Positions 1 through 14,731 of a stretch of 64,000 bases of DNA are shown piece after piece (positions within the stretch are counted from its first letter, which is position 1; the number at the start of each line of letters is the position of its first letter). The stretch spans positions 43,400,001-43,464,000 of the forward strand of contig NC_043013.1 in assembly GCF_006345805.1 (NCBI RefSeq). The letters run 5' to 3'. Made by a program: the position numbers and the translations under genes. Below the pieces are notes generated by a model. That model had not been told where the DNA came from and made no database searches. It saw only the letters and a list, made by a program, of their open reading frames with translations. This DNA is from Octopus sinensis. Taxonomy: Eukaryota.

Positions 1-1488
1 CACGTTTGCTCGAGCCTATGATCCCTCGACAGGGAGTCCGCTGCTCTAACCACTAGGCCATGTAACTCCACTTCAGTGAACGTAGAGAATTAATATTTTT
101 ATTAGTACCTCGCTGGAATTTGAACTCATGCTTGTATGATAGAGTAGGCTCATCAAACTAGTATGATCTCAAGTTCAAATTCACGGCCTGCACATCAGAC
201 CGTGGTTGGTGGAGAGATCATGCTGTGGCCTTCGCTCTATAGTGGACTGAACGAAGGCAATCCAATCTAAACCAAGCCAAAGTGACGAATATTGTGTTCT
301 GTGCAGCTGTTTCAAGTCAGCTGCAGTTGATGATAAAGAAATTCCTTCGTTAAATCTTGATTGACACTACAAAATACTTGCATGAAAAGCTATAAACGCT
401 GCTAACTATTTTTCTGGTTTTATTATTATACTACTAATAAAAAAGAAAAAAATGCACAACCCTGCTTCATTTGTTGCAGAATTGAGTTTATTACGATACT
501 ATATTTCACGCTTCGTTAAATCAAGTTTATCAACTCGAATTTCAAAATTGCACAGACAAAATTTCTATCATATTATATTTCTCTTATCCAATTTGAAAAT
601 AAATCCATTAACCATAAAAACCATTTTATCGTACAGCATCTGCTTGCTCATTGTATAAATGGATATAGTTTTAGAACAATCGTATTTTATTTAAAAATTC
701 AAAGTTTTTTAGACATGCCCCTCTTGCTGAGTAACTACTGCTAACAACTTCCAATTCATATTTATTATTCCGCAGAGCCTCTACATGGTCAATCGGTATG
801 CCAGAAATGGCGGTTTAGTATCTCACATTTCACAACTTATCGTCTGAAGTGGGATGCATTGGCAAAAGAGAAAAAAAAAAGTATATCCCCATTTCTTTAA
901 GATAGCATGTTAACGCTAAAATATATTTATTAATAAATACCTGCTACACTACTACTGACGAAGGCACTAGAGACAAATGTTGCCAAACGGTACTGGCAAC
1001 GGTGACTACCTGTCAGTGTTTCAATCCTGGGTTCAAACTCTTTACTCTCTTTTACTTGTTTCAGTCATTTGACTGTGGCCATGCTGGAGCACCGCCTCTA
1101 GTCGAGCAAATCGACACCCCAGGACTTATTCTTTGTAAGCCTAGTACTTATTCCATCGGTCTCTTTTGCCGAACCGCTAAGCTACCGGGGATGTAAACAC
1201 ACCATTCAGAAATACTTGGGAATTTCGTTATACTGATTTCAAATTTTGGCACATGGCCAGCATGTTCAGAGGAAGGGAGTAAGGCGATTAGATAGACCCC
1301 AGCGCTCAACTGGTACTTATTTTATCGACCCCGAAAGGATGAAAAGCAAAGTCAACCTCATCAGAATTCGAACTCAGATCGTAAAGATAGACGAAATGCC
1401 GCTAAGCGTTTAGCCTTACATGGATAGAAGGCAAAGGCGACCCCGCTGGGATTTGAACTCATGACGTTATATTATGTTAGTTAATCCT

Positions 1489-1897
1489 TACTCTCTTTTA
1501 CTCTCTTTTACTTGTTTCAGTCACTTGACTGCGGCCATGCTGGAGCACCGCCTTTAGTCGAGCAAATCGACCCCAGCACTTATTCTTTGTAAGCCTAGTA
1601 CGTATTCTATCGGTCTCTTTTGCCGAACCGCTAAGATACGGGCACGTAAAAACACACCAGCATCGGTTGTCAAGCGATGTTGGGGGAACAAACACAGACA
1701 CACAAACATATACACACACATACATAAATGTATACATATATACGACGGGCTTCTTTCAGTTTCCGTCTACCAAATCCACTCACAAGGCTTTGGTCGGCCC
1801 GAGGCTATAGTAGAAGACACTTGCACAAGGTGCCATGCAGTGGGACTGAACCCGGAACCATGTGGTTGGTAAGCAAGCTACTTACCACACAGCCACT
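1489..1897 (-). mobile_element. about 400-bp tRNA-headed SINE, family A (other copies near 3350-3741+, 4897-5235+, 8955-9280-, 10964-11415-, 22675-23073-, 23995-24408-, 30724-31130-, 38440-38780-)
   Basis: Head GGAGTGGCTGTGTGG...GGTTCAGTCC (A/B boxes), internal (TA/TG)n, tail (AAAGAGT)n; more than 12 mutually similar copies in the window. Confidence 0.9.
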
Positions 1898-4800
1898 AAT
1901 TGTTGAATATTTTGTATTGAAAGTCAATTTGAAACATTATTGACATTTTCCATTGAATTTATGAAGAACTCTAGGAATATTAAGGCGTCCGTCGAAATGA
2001 TTACTTGAACAGTTTGTTCAGGACATGTAATTCTAAGGATATCGTTTGCAGCAGCTGTTCTATGATGTAACCAATCAATAATCGATCAATAACGTAATAA
2101 ATAATGCTATAAAAGTTTGTGAAATGGCTCTTATTAATTAAAGTATCATTTTTATTAACTGCATTAGTTAATAACTGTGTTAATCGCTTTATTCCTTTAT
2201 AATTATAGTTCCTCGTCGATTTGTTTTGCCAAGACTGTGTGTTCATAATACAATATTAAAGTATTTAAGAATATTGATTTCAAATTTTGGTACAAGGCCA
2301 GCCAATTCGGGTAAGACGCTAAGTCGATTAAATCTACCCCCAGTGCTCAACTGGTACTTATTTTATTGACCCCGAAGGGATGAAAAACAAAGTCGACCTC
2401 GGCGGAATTTGAACTCGGGGTGTAAAGACGGACGAAATGCCGTCGGGCATTTTGCCTGCTGTGCTAACGATTCATTCCGCCAGCACGTCGCCTTAATATT
2501 TAAGAATATTACAAAATAGAATGGCAAGACTTCTGCCCATCCACCCACCCCTCCCCCCAAAAAAACTAGCCTTTCTAAATTTTTTTTTCCACACAAACCC
2601 TCTCCTTTTCGGCTACGGGGAATACGAATCTGCAAAAAAAATTGACAAAAATCGACATTTCTTAATTACCACCCTCCAGCCCCATTTCTTTAATTTTTAA
2701 CTTTTCTCACAATTTTTTTCTCTTTTTTTTTTCAAAATATGCGGAAAAATACGGAGATTATGATTCTGAAAAAAATTTCCAAAAATCTTTAGCAGTCGGC
2801 ATTACCTTTTTTTTTTTCTTACTCCTACCCCGAAATTGCTGGCATTGTGCCAGAATTTGAAATCAATGTTATTAAGGTGGCAAGCTGGTAAAACGGTAAG
2901 TGCGTCGGACAAAAATGCTTAGCAGCATTTCTTCTGTGTCTCTGTGTTATGAGTCCAAATCCCACGCAATCAAGGGCGGTAAGCCACGGGCGGACTCAAG
3001 GCCGCCTAAAGGCAACTGCCTCCCCCAAGAAAACAAATGCGCCCTTCTAAATAATGTTAATATACCCTTTACTCCTGGAATTGTATTCCCTTCCGACCTT
3101 GTGCAACCCCACCCACCCCGCCATTTCGAAAAATTTCTGGGACCGTTCCTATGAACTGTCGGAATCATTGAAGCATTAGACGAGAGATGTCTTGTGACGT
3201 TTTGGCTTTGCATTCTGAGGTTAAGTCTCGTCGTCGAGTTCTGTGTGTTCAAATCTTGTCGTGGCCTTCTCAGGTGACAAACTTAATCCGTGGCTCGATA
3301 TGTGTCCACCAGGCTTGTAAGTGTCTTGAGCAGATTGTACACAGGCGCAGGAGTGGCTGTGTGGTAAGTAGCTTGCTTACCAACCACATGGTTCTGGGTT
3401 CAGTCCTACTGCGTGGCACCTTGGGCAAGTGTCTTCTACTATAGCCTCGGTTCGATCAACGATTTGTGAGTGGATTTGGTAGACGGAAACTGAAAGAAGC
3501 CCGTCGTATATATGTATACATATATGTATGTGCGTGTATATGTTTGTGTGTTTGTGTTTGTCCCCCCAACATCGCTTGACCGATGTGTTTACGTCCCTGT
3601 AACTTAGCGGTTCGGCAAAAGAGGCCGATAGAATAAGTACTAGGCTTACAAAGAATAAGTCCTGCAGTCGATTTGCTCGACTAAAAGGCGGTGCTCCAGC
3701 ATGGCAGCAGTCAAATGACTGAAACAAGTAAAAGAGTAAAAGGATGTTGCGAGCATTCAACTCAGGTCATCTACTTGAAGACCCCTTTCCTCTTTCCACT
3801 CCCCCCATCTCTCTCTCTCTCTCTCTCAATCTACCTATCTGTTTATTTTAGTCTCGGAGGCCCTGTAGCCAAGTCCACCGTCTTCCTTCTTTACTAAGCC
3901 ATTGAAAAACAACAGCAAAATCAAGCGGTCTGATTCTCATACCAAATAAGTAAAAGAACCCCAATGAGAACCTAATCTCATAACGTCTTTTTATTTATAT
4001 ACACTTACAATAATGCTAAAGGTGTGTGACCTAGTTGTTACGCCGTTGCACACGGGATCGCATGATCGTGGTTTCGATTCCCACACTGGACATTGCGTTA
4101 CACTCTTGAACAAAAAGCACTGCATTTCATGTTGCTCCATCCCACACAGCTGTAAACGGTTAACCTTGCGCTAAACACAGAGGGGACAAACAAGGACAGA
4201 CAGAGGTATTAAGTCGATTACATCGACCCCAGTGCGTAACTGGTACTTAATTTATCGACCCCCGAAAGGATGAAAGGCAAAGTCGACCTCGGCGGAATTT
4301 GAACTCACAACGTAACGGCAGCCGAAATACCTATTTCTTTATTACCCACAAGGGGCTGAACATAGAGGGGACAAACATGGGCAGACATAGGTATTATGTC
4401 GATTATATCGACCCCAGTGCTTAACTGGTACTTAATTTATCGACCCCGAAAGGATGAAAGACAAAGTCGACCTCGGCGGAATTTGAACTCACAACGTAAC
4501 GGCAGACGAAATACCGCTAAGCATTTCGCCCGGCGTGCTAACACTTCTGCCAGCTCGCCGTAAACCATTGCCTTTTTTGTCGTCCACATTTTTCTGCCCC
4601 CCCCCCCACTCGCAGTCCCCCCCCCTCTCTCTCTCTCTCTCTCTCTAATTACTTGTCCTTCACCGGTGACCTTCATCCGTCACGTCCTATAAGCAGCACC
4701 ACATATTCTGATCTATAAAAACACCAACTCAAGTATTTCACCAAATTCTTTAATTTCATGTATGTGAGCTAAAATAGGAGGTAGGGTTAGGGAAGGCTCT

Positions 4801-5624
4801 ATGTGGTCGCATGTTGAACTGTTGCACTTACTATTGCTTGAAATAGCAGCCAAATCTCCCTGAAATTACACCCTACTAGTTTAAAAAAAAGAAAAGCCAC
4901 GTGGCACTTTGGCCAAGTGTCTTCTACTATAGCCTCGGGCCGACCAAAGCCTTGTGAGTGGATTTGGTAGACGGAAACTGAAAGAAGCCCGTCGTATATG
5001 TGTATATGTATATATATGTGTGTGTGTGTGTTTGTGTGTCTGTGTTTGTCCCCCCAACATCGCTTGACAACCGATGCTGGTGTGTTTGCGTCCCTGTAAC
5101 TTAGCGGTTTGGCAAAATAGAACAATAGAATAAGTACTAGGCATCCACAGAATAAACCCTGGGGTCGATTTGCTCGACTAAAGGCGGTGCTCCAGCATGG
5201 CCGAAGTCAAATGACTGAAACAAGTAAAAGAGTAAGGGATAATTGGCGTTCTTTCGGTATTGGTGGTGAGGAGACGACGTCATTCGCTTTCTTTTTCAGC
5301 CTAGCCTCTTTATCTATGTCATGAGGGAAGGTCGTATGGATGAACGACGTCATGTACCAATATCGAAGGAATGCCGGATAATTGTAGCTATATAAGATAC
5401 TCTGTGATTAGAAAACAAAAGACGGGGATGGCCACGGTTGGAATGCCTTTGACCAAAGATGTGCTCGATCAGACTTGACCTTGAGGCAACTTCAGAATCA
5501 ACGAGACAATCAATGAAAACGCCTCTACGTGGTTACCCAACTTGCTAGAAATAAGTGTGATAGTTGCGATTGTAACAACTTTGGGGAACATTCGGAAGGG
5601 GTTGTCCTGACGATGGAGGTGCTT

Positions 5625-5655
<31 letters not shown>

Positions 5656-5668
5656 CAGTAGTAGTAGC

Positions 5669-5704
<36 letters not shown>

Positions 5705-5845
5705 TGTAGTAGTAGTAGTAGTAGTAGTAGTAGTTTTAATGATAGTTATAGTGATGTTGTACTGGTGGTGGAGGTAGTGCTATAGGTGGAGGTAGTAGTG
5801 GTAGTAGTAACAGTAGTTTCAGCAACAATAATAGTCACGTAGTAC

Positions 5846-5892
<47 letters not shown>

Positions 5893-6101
5893 ATTATGAT
5901 GATGATGGTAAATGGGGTGGTGGTGGGTGGCGACGATGTCAATAGTGGCTAAAGTGACAATGATGGTATCAGTGGTGGTAGTAGTAGCGGTAGCGGTTGT
6001 AGTAGTGCTTGGAACAGTTGAAACGGTTGTAGCTGCGATGGTAGTAGCAATTGCTGCAAATGCGGTGAAGTTTAAATATTTCAGCTGAGGTAGAAGTGAT
6101 G

Positions 6102-6139
<38 letters not shown>

Positions 6140-6596
6140 GGTGGTGGTGGTGGTGGTAGTTGTAGTAGTAGTAGTAGTTGTTGTAGCAGTAGTAGTAGTA
6201 GTTGTAGTAATAGTAATAGTGCTGTTGATGGATGGGGTTAGAGTAGTAGTGGTAGGGGTGTTGTTATTGCTTAGCCCCCTCCCCCGCCCCGGGTCATTCC
6301 TGATTGAGCTGACCTATGATTAAAGGCGATGCAGCTTTGATCATCCTACCTTTGCAAGAAAGAATTATGTGGGGCTGATTACGTTATCTGATGAGTAATT
6401 TTTTTTTTTTTTTTCCTTATTTATGAAGGTATAACGCGTTTTGAGGAAGATTTGTCCGCTATTTCTAGCAGATCGAAACCACGCAGAGGCTCATTTCGTC
6501 CTAGTTAGAGGCAGCGGCCACGGCAGCGGTGGGGACGGCGATGATATGTGGTAAAACACGTGTCAACGATAACTGGAACTTAAGCTAACTTACATC

Positions 6597-6628
<32 letters not shown>

Positions 6629-6730
6629 CACCACTACCATCACCACCACCACCACCACTACCATCACCACTACCACTACTACTACTACTACCAACGCCGC
6701 CGCCAACACCACCACCACCACCACCACTAT

Positions 6731-6772
<42 letters not shown>

Positions 6773-6880
6773 CACCACCACTACCATCACCACCACCACT
6801 ATTACTACTACCACCACCGCCGCCGCCGCCGCCACCACCACCACCGCCACCACCACCACTACTACTTCTACTACTACTAC
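5625..6880. repeat. (GTA)n/(GTG)n and complementary (ACT)n/(ACC)n trinucleotide tracts
   Basis: Direct reading. Confidence 0.95.
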
Positions 6881-7199
6881 TCTAAATACACCACTATTAC
6901 CACCACTACCGCACGTATTCTACTCACAACGCCACCGACATCGTAACCACAGACAAATGGTAGCAGCAATCTCCATGATATCGTATTACACTTTAGAATA
7001 TGTGTTTTCCTCCTGTCATTTGTTGAACACATACCTACACAAACGCACACATTTAAACGCATATAAATACGTACACACGTGCACACGTTCTCAAACCTCT
7101 AACTGTGTGAACAGCTAAGTATGTGTGTGTGTGTGTGTGTGTGTGCATCTATGTGTATGTGGTCTTAGAAATGTTATATGTGTGAATGTATTCAACGTG

Positions 7200-7378
<179 letters not shown>

Positions 7379-7391
7379 GTAGGTAGGTAGG

Positions 7392-7491
<100 letters not shown>

Positions 7492-7816
7492 CGAGAATAG
7501 CCTTGACAGTAAAGCTGACGGCACTTTAAAAGAAATAAAACTGAAACTTGTATTAAAGTTCATTGCCATAACACACATTCCCATTCCCTATATATTTTAT
7601 ATAGACTTAATAGAACACATTGTACATTGCCTGACTAAATACTACCGAATGTAGTATATTTGTCCAATAATCAGTGTAATGTAAATATGGCATGTCCTAT
7701 ATGTCTTATATTATGACATGTCCTATAAGTGACGCAGTTACGTTGGAACATATATATTACAATATACAAATTTTATTCAATATACGTTTAATACATATAT
7801 TTGCTGAGGTTAATAT

Positions 7817-8940
7817 TGTTACGGACGCAAGGAAAAGTAAACGAACAAAAAAACATTATGCCTTTTGTTCCATTAGTTGGAATCGAACCGGCGCTCCAGT
7901 TGTTCAGGACAATGGTATTTCTTTTGTCCTGTCAAAGAGCACGATTATTAATGGTCATAGAAAATGATCTATGGCCCCACACGGTCACGGAAAGTCTTTT
8001 AAAAATTAAAATGTTGGGAAGGGATCTACACACTGCTGTCATCGATATCTCTCTTCTTCTAGCTGCTGGCCGTTATAAATACGGATAGCTGCATTAAGTT
8101 AAAGGGTCAGTCGGCGAGAGGCAGCCAAGAGGATGACAGTCAGAGACTAACAGGTGTAGTTGAAGATGGTGGGGACGAGAGACGGTAGTGAGAGAGATGA
8201 CAACGAGCGGCCAGGCAAGTTGTTGTAGTAGGGGTTTGTGAAGTTAAAATTGTTGCGGACACGGGTTAAGAAACAAATGTTCTGGTAATGTTGTTTTCTG
8301 TATGTTTTGAATTCTAATGTTTAAATGTAAATGTCTAAAAAAAACCAGAAGAAAAGAGACGATGTGTTGTTGAAATTTAAAAAAAAGAGAGCGGCTCTGA
8401 CGTAACCGTTGAAAAAAAAAAGAGCGTGCTGTTGGCTGTTTTTTTTTTTTTTAAGAAAAGAAAAGGAAAAAAAAAGAACTTGGAAATATTTTTAAAAGAA
8501 GGCAAAAGGAACTTTTTGAGAACTGTCGTCTTAAAAAAAAAGAGGAAAGTGGAGCTCTAAGAGACTGTTGATTGTGAACCTTGTGTTAAATGTAAAATGA
8601 TTTGTCTTGAAAAATCGAACTGCATTGTGTCAAATGTTAAATGATTTGTTTTTCGAACTCTGTATTATGTTTAAATGCAAATGATTTGTTCTTCGAACTC
8701 TGTACAGGATTTGTCAACCTTTGTTTTGGAATGCTATGGTTTTGTTTAAAAAAAAAATTGCTGAATTACGCAACTTCCGCTGTATGTCTCCTTTCTTTGG
8801 TTGTCGTTGTGTTGGTTCCGGGCTGCGTTCGCCGCCTTCCCCCCTTCCCGTGGTGGATTTCCGGTTTACTGAGTGTCATCATCGCGACTTAGGGGCCGTG
8901 GTGGAATCGGAAGGCCTTGGGTCTGAGTGGCAGCGTAACA
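7817..8940. mobile_element. solo LTR (Gypsy-like)
   Basis: Begins TGTTACG, ends CGTAACA (perfect 7-bp inverted termini); 4-bp TSD ATAT at 7813-7816 and 8941-8944; 1124 bp, no ORF. Confidence 0.75.
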
Positions 8941-9479
8941 ATATAAATAGGGCCTTTTTATTTGTTTCAGTCATTTGACTGCGGTCATGCTGGAGCACCG
9001 CCTTTAGTCGAACAAATGAACCTCATTTATTCTTTGTAAGTCTAGTACTTATTCTCTCGGTCTCTTTTGCCGAACCGCTAAGTTACGGGGGCATAAACAC
9101 ACCAACATCGCTTGTCAAGTGACGGTGTGGGAACAAGCATATATATATACGACAGGCTTCTTTCAGTTCCCGTCTCCCAAATCCATTCACAAGGTTTTGG
9201 TCGGCTAGAAGACATTTGTCCAAGGTGTCATGCACCCAGAACCATGTAGTTAGGAAGCTAGCTTCTTACCACACAGCCACGCCTGTTTCGGTATAAAATG
9301 TATCACAATTTTCATAAAGTATATATTTCAAATTAAACATTGCACAGTGCGTCTTACAATATTGAATGTAATTTAAACGTTTACTTCATTTAGATTTTTT
9401 TAAAGTTGGAGTTACATATGTTTGGGAGTTTTTATTGTGAATACATTTTAATGATTAATTAAGTAGATCTTATGTTACT

Positions 9480-9545
<66 letters not shown>

Positions 9546-11197
9546 CGTGCGTGCGCCTATGTGAGAAGAAAATACTTCTGATCAGATTTTCTTGATCGTC
9601 GGAAGAAATGCCGCTAAGAATTTTGTCCGGTGCGGTAACGATTCAGCTAGCTCGCCGCCTTCATATACTAAATAATATTAATAACATTAAAAGCAGTGAG
9701 CTGGCAGAATCCTTTCCTCGACGGACAAAATGCTAAAGCGGCATTTCGTCCGTCTTTACGCTCTGAGTTCAAATTCCGCCGAGGCCATCTTTGCCTTTCA
9801 TCCTTTCGAGGTTGATAAAGTACAAGTTGAGCACTGGGGTCGATGTAATCGACTTCCGACCCGCCCTCAAAAAATTGCCGGCCTTGTGTCAAAATTTGAA
9901 ACCAATATTAATAACATTGCTCATTCACTTTCTACAGACGCAAGTGTGCGGAGAACTCGTATCATGTAAGTTACACTATCATCTCGCCCATACATAAATT
10001 GTGTGTATTTGTCGGTCCTTTTAAAACTTACCTCTGTAAAATTGAATTCTTCGAGTTCATTTCTATTAATATTCTATTTTGGATATCTTTTGTTTTCCTT
10101 TTCTAATGCTTTTCGATTATCACTTCGGCCTCATTCAGTAACTTTTCCTGTCGGGTGGGTGGACGGGTAGATGGATGGATGGATGGACGGATGGACGGAT
10201 GGACGGACGGACGGACGAGTATAGTCCTGACATTAAAAATGACGGCATTTGAAAAGAAATAAAGCTGAAACTTGTATTTAAAGTTCATTAACATGACATA
10301 CATTCCCTATATTTGATATAGACTTAATACAACACAACGTATACATCGCCTGACTAAATACTACCGAATATGTAGATAGTTTCCTTTCTAGAAGTGGCTG
10401 GAGACGCAACACGGTGAAGTTTTAGCCATTCACAGTCCTAACCGGTTTACTGGTCCATTGAGGGAATAGTATCTTTCAGCTATATATTTATTCAGTACCA
10501 GTTAAGCACTGGGGTCGATGTAATCGTCTTAATCAGTTTGTCTGTCCTTGTTTGTCCCCTCTATGTTTAGGCCCTTGTGGGTAATAAAGAAACATATTTA
10601 TTTATTAAGAATTCAAAATTCTATTTGTCCCTCTCTTTCACACTCCTCTCTCTCTCTCTCTCTCTCTCTCTCCCCCTCTCTCTCTAATTGTCTCCCTTTT
10701 TCCATTAGTGCAGGAATCGTTGGAATCGGTCATTCCAAGTCTTATTTCAGCTAATCTTATTACAAGTTGCATTTCAGCTGAAGGAAACATTGATTTGCCG
10801 TATGCCAGTCCCACAGATTAGCTCCTTCCTATGCGCGTTACTTTGCTTTCCTTTATTTCAAAATATTCTCTATTCACACAATATGTGACCTAAAAGAATT
10901 GTGTGTGTGTGTGTGTGGCTTTAATTGGCAAAATATGATCATCCCCAAGTATGACAATATATACTCTTTACTCTTTTACTTGTTTCTGTCATTTGACTGT
11001 GGCCATGCTGGAGCACCGCTTTTAGTCGAGCAAGTCGACCCCGGGACTTATTCTTTGGAAGCCTAGTACTTATTCTATCGGTCTCTTTTGCAGAACCGCT
11101 AAGTTACGGGGACGTAAACACACCAGCATCGGTTGTCAAGCGACGTTGGGGGGGACAAACACAGACACACAAACACACACATACATACACACACACA

Positions 11198-11248
<51 letters not shown>

Positions 11249-11499
11249 CATATACATATATACAACGGGCTTCCTTCAGTTTCCGTCTACCAAATCCACT
11301 CACAAGGCTTTGGTCGGCCCGAGGCTACAGTAGAAGACACTTGCCCAAGGTGCCACGCAATGGGACTGAACCCGGAACCATGTGGTTGGTAAGCAAGCTA
11401 CTTACCACACAGCCTCTCCTACGCCTATATATATTTTATTTATTTATTTATTTATTTACCGACCAGCAACAGTGCAGCTAAGAGGATTCGAAACCAAAT

Positions 11500-11945
11500 C
11501 CACATTTTTATTAATTGTCAAACAAATTTCCGGTCTTTTGTTTCCTCCTCTCTGCACACTTGGAGATTAATGAGGATACGCTGACCCCTTGGTTCTTCTC
11601 GATTATCGTTCTTTGCCATTGTATTCTTCGTGGGTATATGATAATTATGCTTATTTCCATTAGAACTCATTTTGGTATTATCGTTACTATGATCATTTTT
11701 ATTAATATTATTTTTATTTATACTTATATTGTATTTATCTTTCTTTCTTTCCTTATATTGTTTATTATTATCTTTGCTATTACCTCTATAGTTAGGATGA
11801 TCCCTAGTATTATTATTTAGTCCGTAATTATTATAGAATTTAATTTTCGTATTATATTCTGCTTCTTTTAATGCTCTATTATAGTAAGGGGCATGTTTAC
11901 TAAAAGCATTCATATCCGAGGATAACATGGAAAAATATGTTCTAA
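11500..11945 (-). mobile_element. Penelope-like RT C-terminal remnant
   Basis: RTYFSMLSSDMNAFSKHAPYYNRALKEAEYNTKIKF resembles the PLE thumb/linker (RIS.LSS...F...AP.Y..AL...GY); abuts a hammerhead motif. Confidence 0.6.
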
Positions 11946-11946
11946 T

Positions 11947-12019
11947 TTGGTATATCTCCACTGATGAAGGCAGAGTATTTTATTTCTAAGCCAGAAATCG
12001 TCGATCTGGGATTAACCAA
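11947..12019 (+). ncRNA. type I hammerhead ribozyme motif (variant)
   Basis: cca CUGAUGA A GGC..GCC A GAA AUCG-U-CGAU C ugg; extended bulged stem I (uuggu..auc.cca / ugg.gau..accaa); A.A apposition at the base of stem II. Confidence 0.65.
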
Positions 12020-12936
12020 TTTTGCTAATTTCTTTCTTCGTTTATCTTTTCATCTATGCTATATGAGTACATGATGTGGTTTTGGAGTCAGTTTTGACTG
12101 CTATTTCTGACATAGTGGTATCTCTTCAATACTCCTTTATTATAATTATAATTATATATATATATATGTATACGCCGGGCCTATAAAATCAGTGGCAAGC
12201 AGAGTCTGTAACAATGTATATCTTGAAAATTCAGTAACTTCTAAACTGGAGTGAGGCAGCATGTTCTTTGTCTATCTCCTTAACTTCTTGGAGATGTTAG
12301 GTATCATTACACTAATGTGTCCATCTGTTCTAATTTAATTAAATTCTATGTCTTTGTGCAGCTGATGATTGCTCTACATTTTAAATTGATGTAATGATTG
12401 CATTGTTCAATTAAATGGAGTTGCATGAAACGATCGTACTGCATTACCTCTGGATATCTTTGTTGCTTATTTTGATATATATATATATAACTCTAATTCT
12501 ACAACACGTGTCACTTAAAGCTTGTTACATATTTATTTATTTGAATTAATGTTGTAAATAAATATTTTGACTTGTCCTTGAATGTATCACTGTCCTATTA
12601 AACCTGGACTTTTTCTGGGTTAACACGTGATGTTTAACAATATTGTACCACTTACACAGGTGGAAGTCTACCACATAAGGTATAGCGTTAAAATTAAAGA
12701 GAATATGTGCTTTAGTGTAGTCTATTTTTGTCTTTTTTTTCTATTGTAATATATAGAGATTTCGTATGTATATACAGATATATTTATACGGATATAAGTA
12801 AATATGTATGTGTGCTTATGCGTGCTTTTGAGTACGTGTATGTATGTTTGTATATATATATGTATATGTATATGTATACACACAGACAGAGATATATATT
12901 TAGAGATTAGGGCAGATAGATAGATAATATATATAT

Positions 12937-13028
<92 letters not shown>

Positions 13029-13030
13029 CT

Positions 13031-13091
<61 letters not shown>

Positions 13092-13132
13092 CTGGATAGA
13101 TAGACTGATAGATAGATAGATAGATAGATATG

Positions 13133-13441
13133 TTCTTTATTAGCCACACAGGGCTGCACACAGATAGAACAAATTACAAGGTAGAGCTTTTCTTGTGAAG
13201 GTTTAAAAAAAAAAAAAAAAAAAACGGGAAAGGGGAGTTTCGAATCACAGGGATCGTAAAGGAAGAAGAGACAAAAAAAGGGGGGGGGGTTAAAAAAAAA
13301 AAAAAAAAAGGGGGGGAGAGGAAAAAAAAATTGATCAATAGGGATCGTTATCACAGAAATGTCAATATGAAGTGTAAAGGGGAGACAGGTGAGGTTTACC
13401 CGTGGAAGAAAAGCCTACGGAAAAGACCACGGTAACCTCGG

Positions 13442-13443
<2 letters not shown>
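13133..13443 (-). mobile_element. LINE-like 3' fragment with (TATC)n tail; second copy 14147-14400
   Basis: Two homologous headless fragments whose 3' ends match the SINE-B tail; each abuts a (GATA)n array. Confidence 0.5.
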
Positions 13444-13512
<69 letters not shown>

Positions 13513-14589
13513 CATAGTGCATATATCGTAAATGTCATGTGTGAAGGTATGAGCTATAGGGTGTGTGTGTATATGTGTGCGAAATCTTTGAATTTTTTAC
13601 TTTTGTACATGAACAAGCACCGGGTTATCATTCAGTTGTATACCATAGATGTGTGTGTGTGTTTGTATGTGTGTTTGTATGTGTGTTTGTGTGTGTGTTT
13701 ATATCTATGTAGGACACATACATATACACACGTGCATGCGTGCGTACGTGTGTTTGTGTGTATTTCCTAAAAAACACTGTTTTTTTTCGTGTAGTGGTTG
13801 GAGGAGCAGGCTGGTATTGTTTTAGCTTATTCCCTGTTTATTGGTCCGTTTCATACGATGACATTTTTGGTTTTCAAAGAAGCAGTTGCAGAGAGACTGA
13901 AAACATGAGAGCACAAGACTTTGAGAACATGCCATTATCTACTGGATCTGTTGTCTGCTCACTTCTGTATAACAACAGTTGTGATGCGGCGAGGAAGGCT
14001 GTCGGTGGGGGTGGGCATCTGCCGATTTTTGTAACTCAACGCCTGTGTTTTAGGTCACGCAATATATGTTTGCAATTGAATTCCAACACACATGCGCAAA
14101 ACATATCACAAAACAGACAGATAGACAGACAGATAGATAGATAACTTTCTTTATTAGCCACACAGGGCCGAACACAGAGGGGACAAAATACAATGTAGAG
14201 CTTTTCTTTTCGGAAGAAAAAGAAGTAGATACGAAAAAAGGAGAAAATACATTTCTGATCAAAAGTGATCGTGTAAAAAAAAAAGCTATAAAAAGGGATC
14301 GTGTATCACAGAAAAGAGTAAAAATGTAAAAAAAAAAACAGATTAGGTTTATCCATGGAAAGAAATGCCTACGGAAGAGACCACGGTAACCTCAGGCAGG
14401 GAGGGAAAAAAACACATGAGATCAAAGTGCTCTCTTTTCGATTTACAGGATCATGCTCAAAGTGGTTTCGTCTTTGCGCGCACTATCTTTGCTACATTCA
14501 CCCACCTTTTATAGAATCTTTTATGACACAAAACTTGCCTCTCTATTCTCACTTTCCTTTTCAAGTAGTACTTGAAAAAGTTGATGAGC

Positions 14590-14638
<49 letters not shown>

Positions 14639-14639
14639 G

Positions 14640-14731
<92 letters not shown>

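Noticed and set aside
948-1000. Hammerhead-like CUGACGA-A-GGCA..UGCC-AAAC
   Set aside because: G12 is missing and stem I is not recoverable; at best a dead copy.
1420-1470. tRNA-like A/B-box fragments here and in many SINE heads
   Set aside because: No complete cloverleaf; these are SINE-derived, not tRNA genes.
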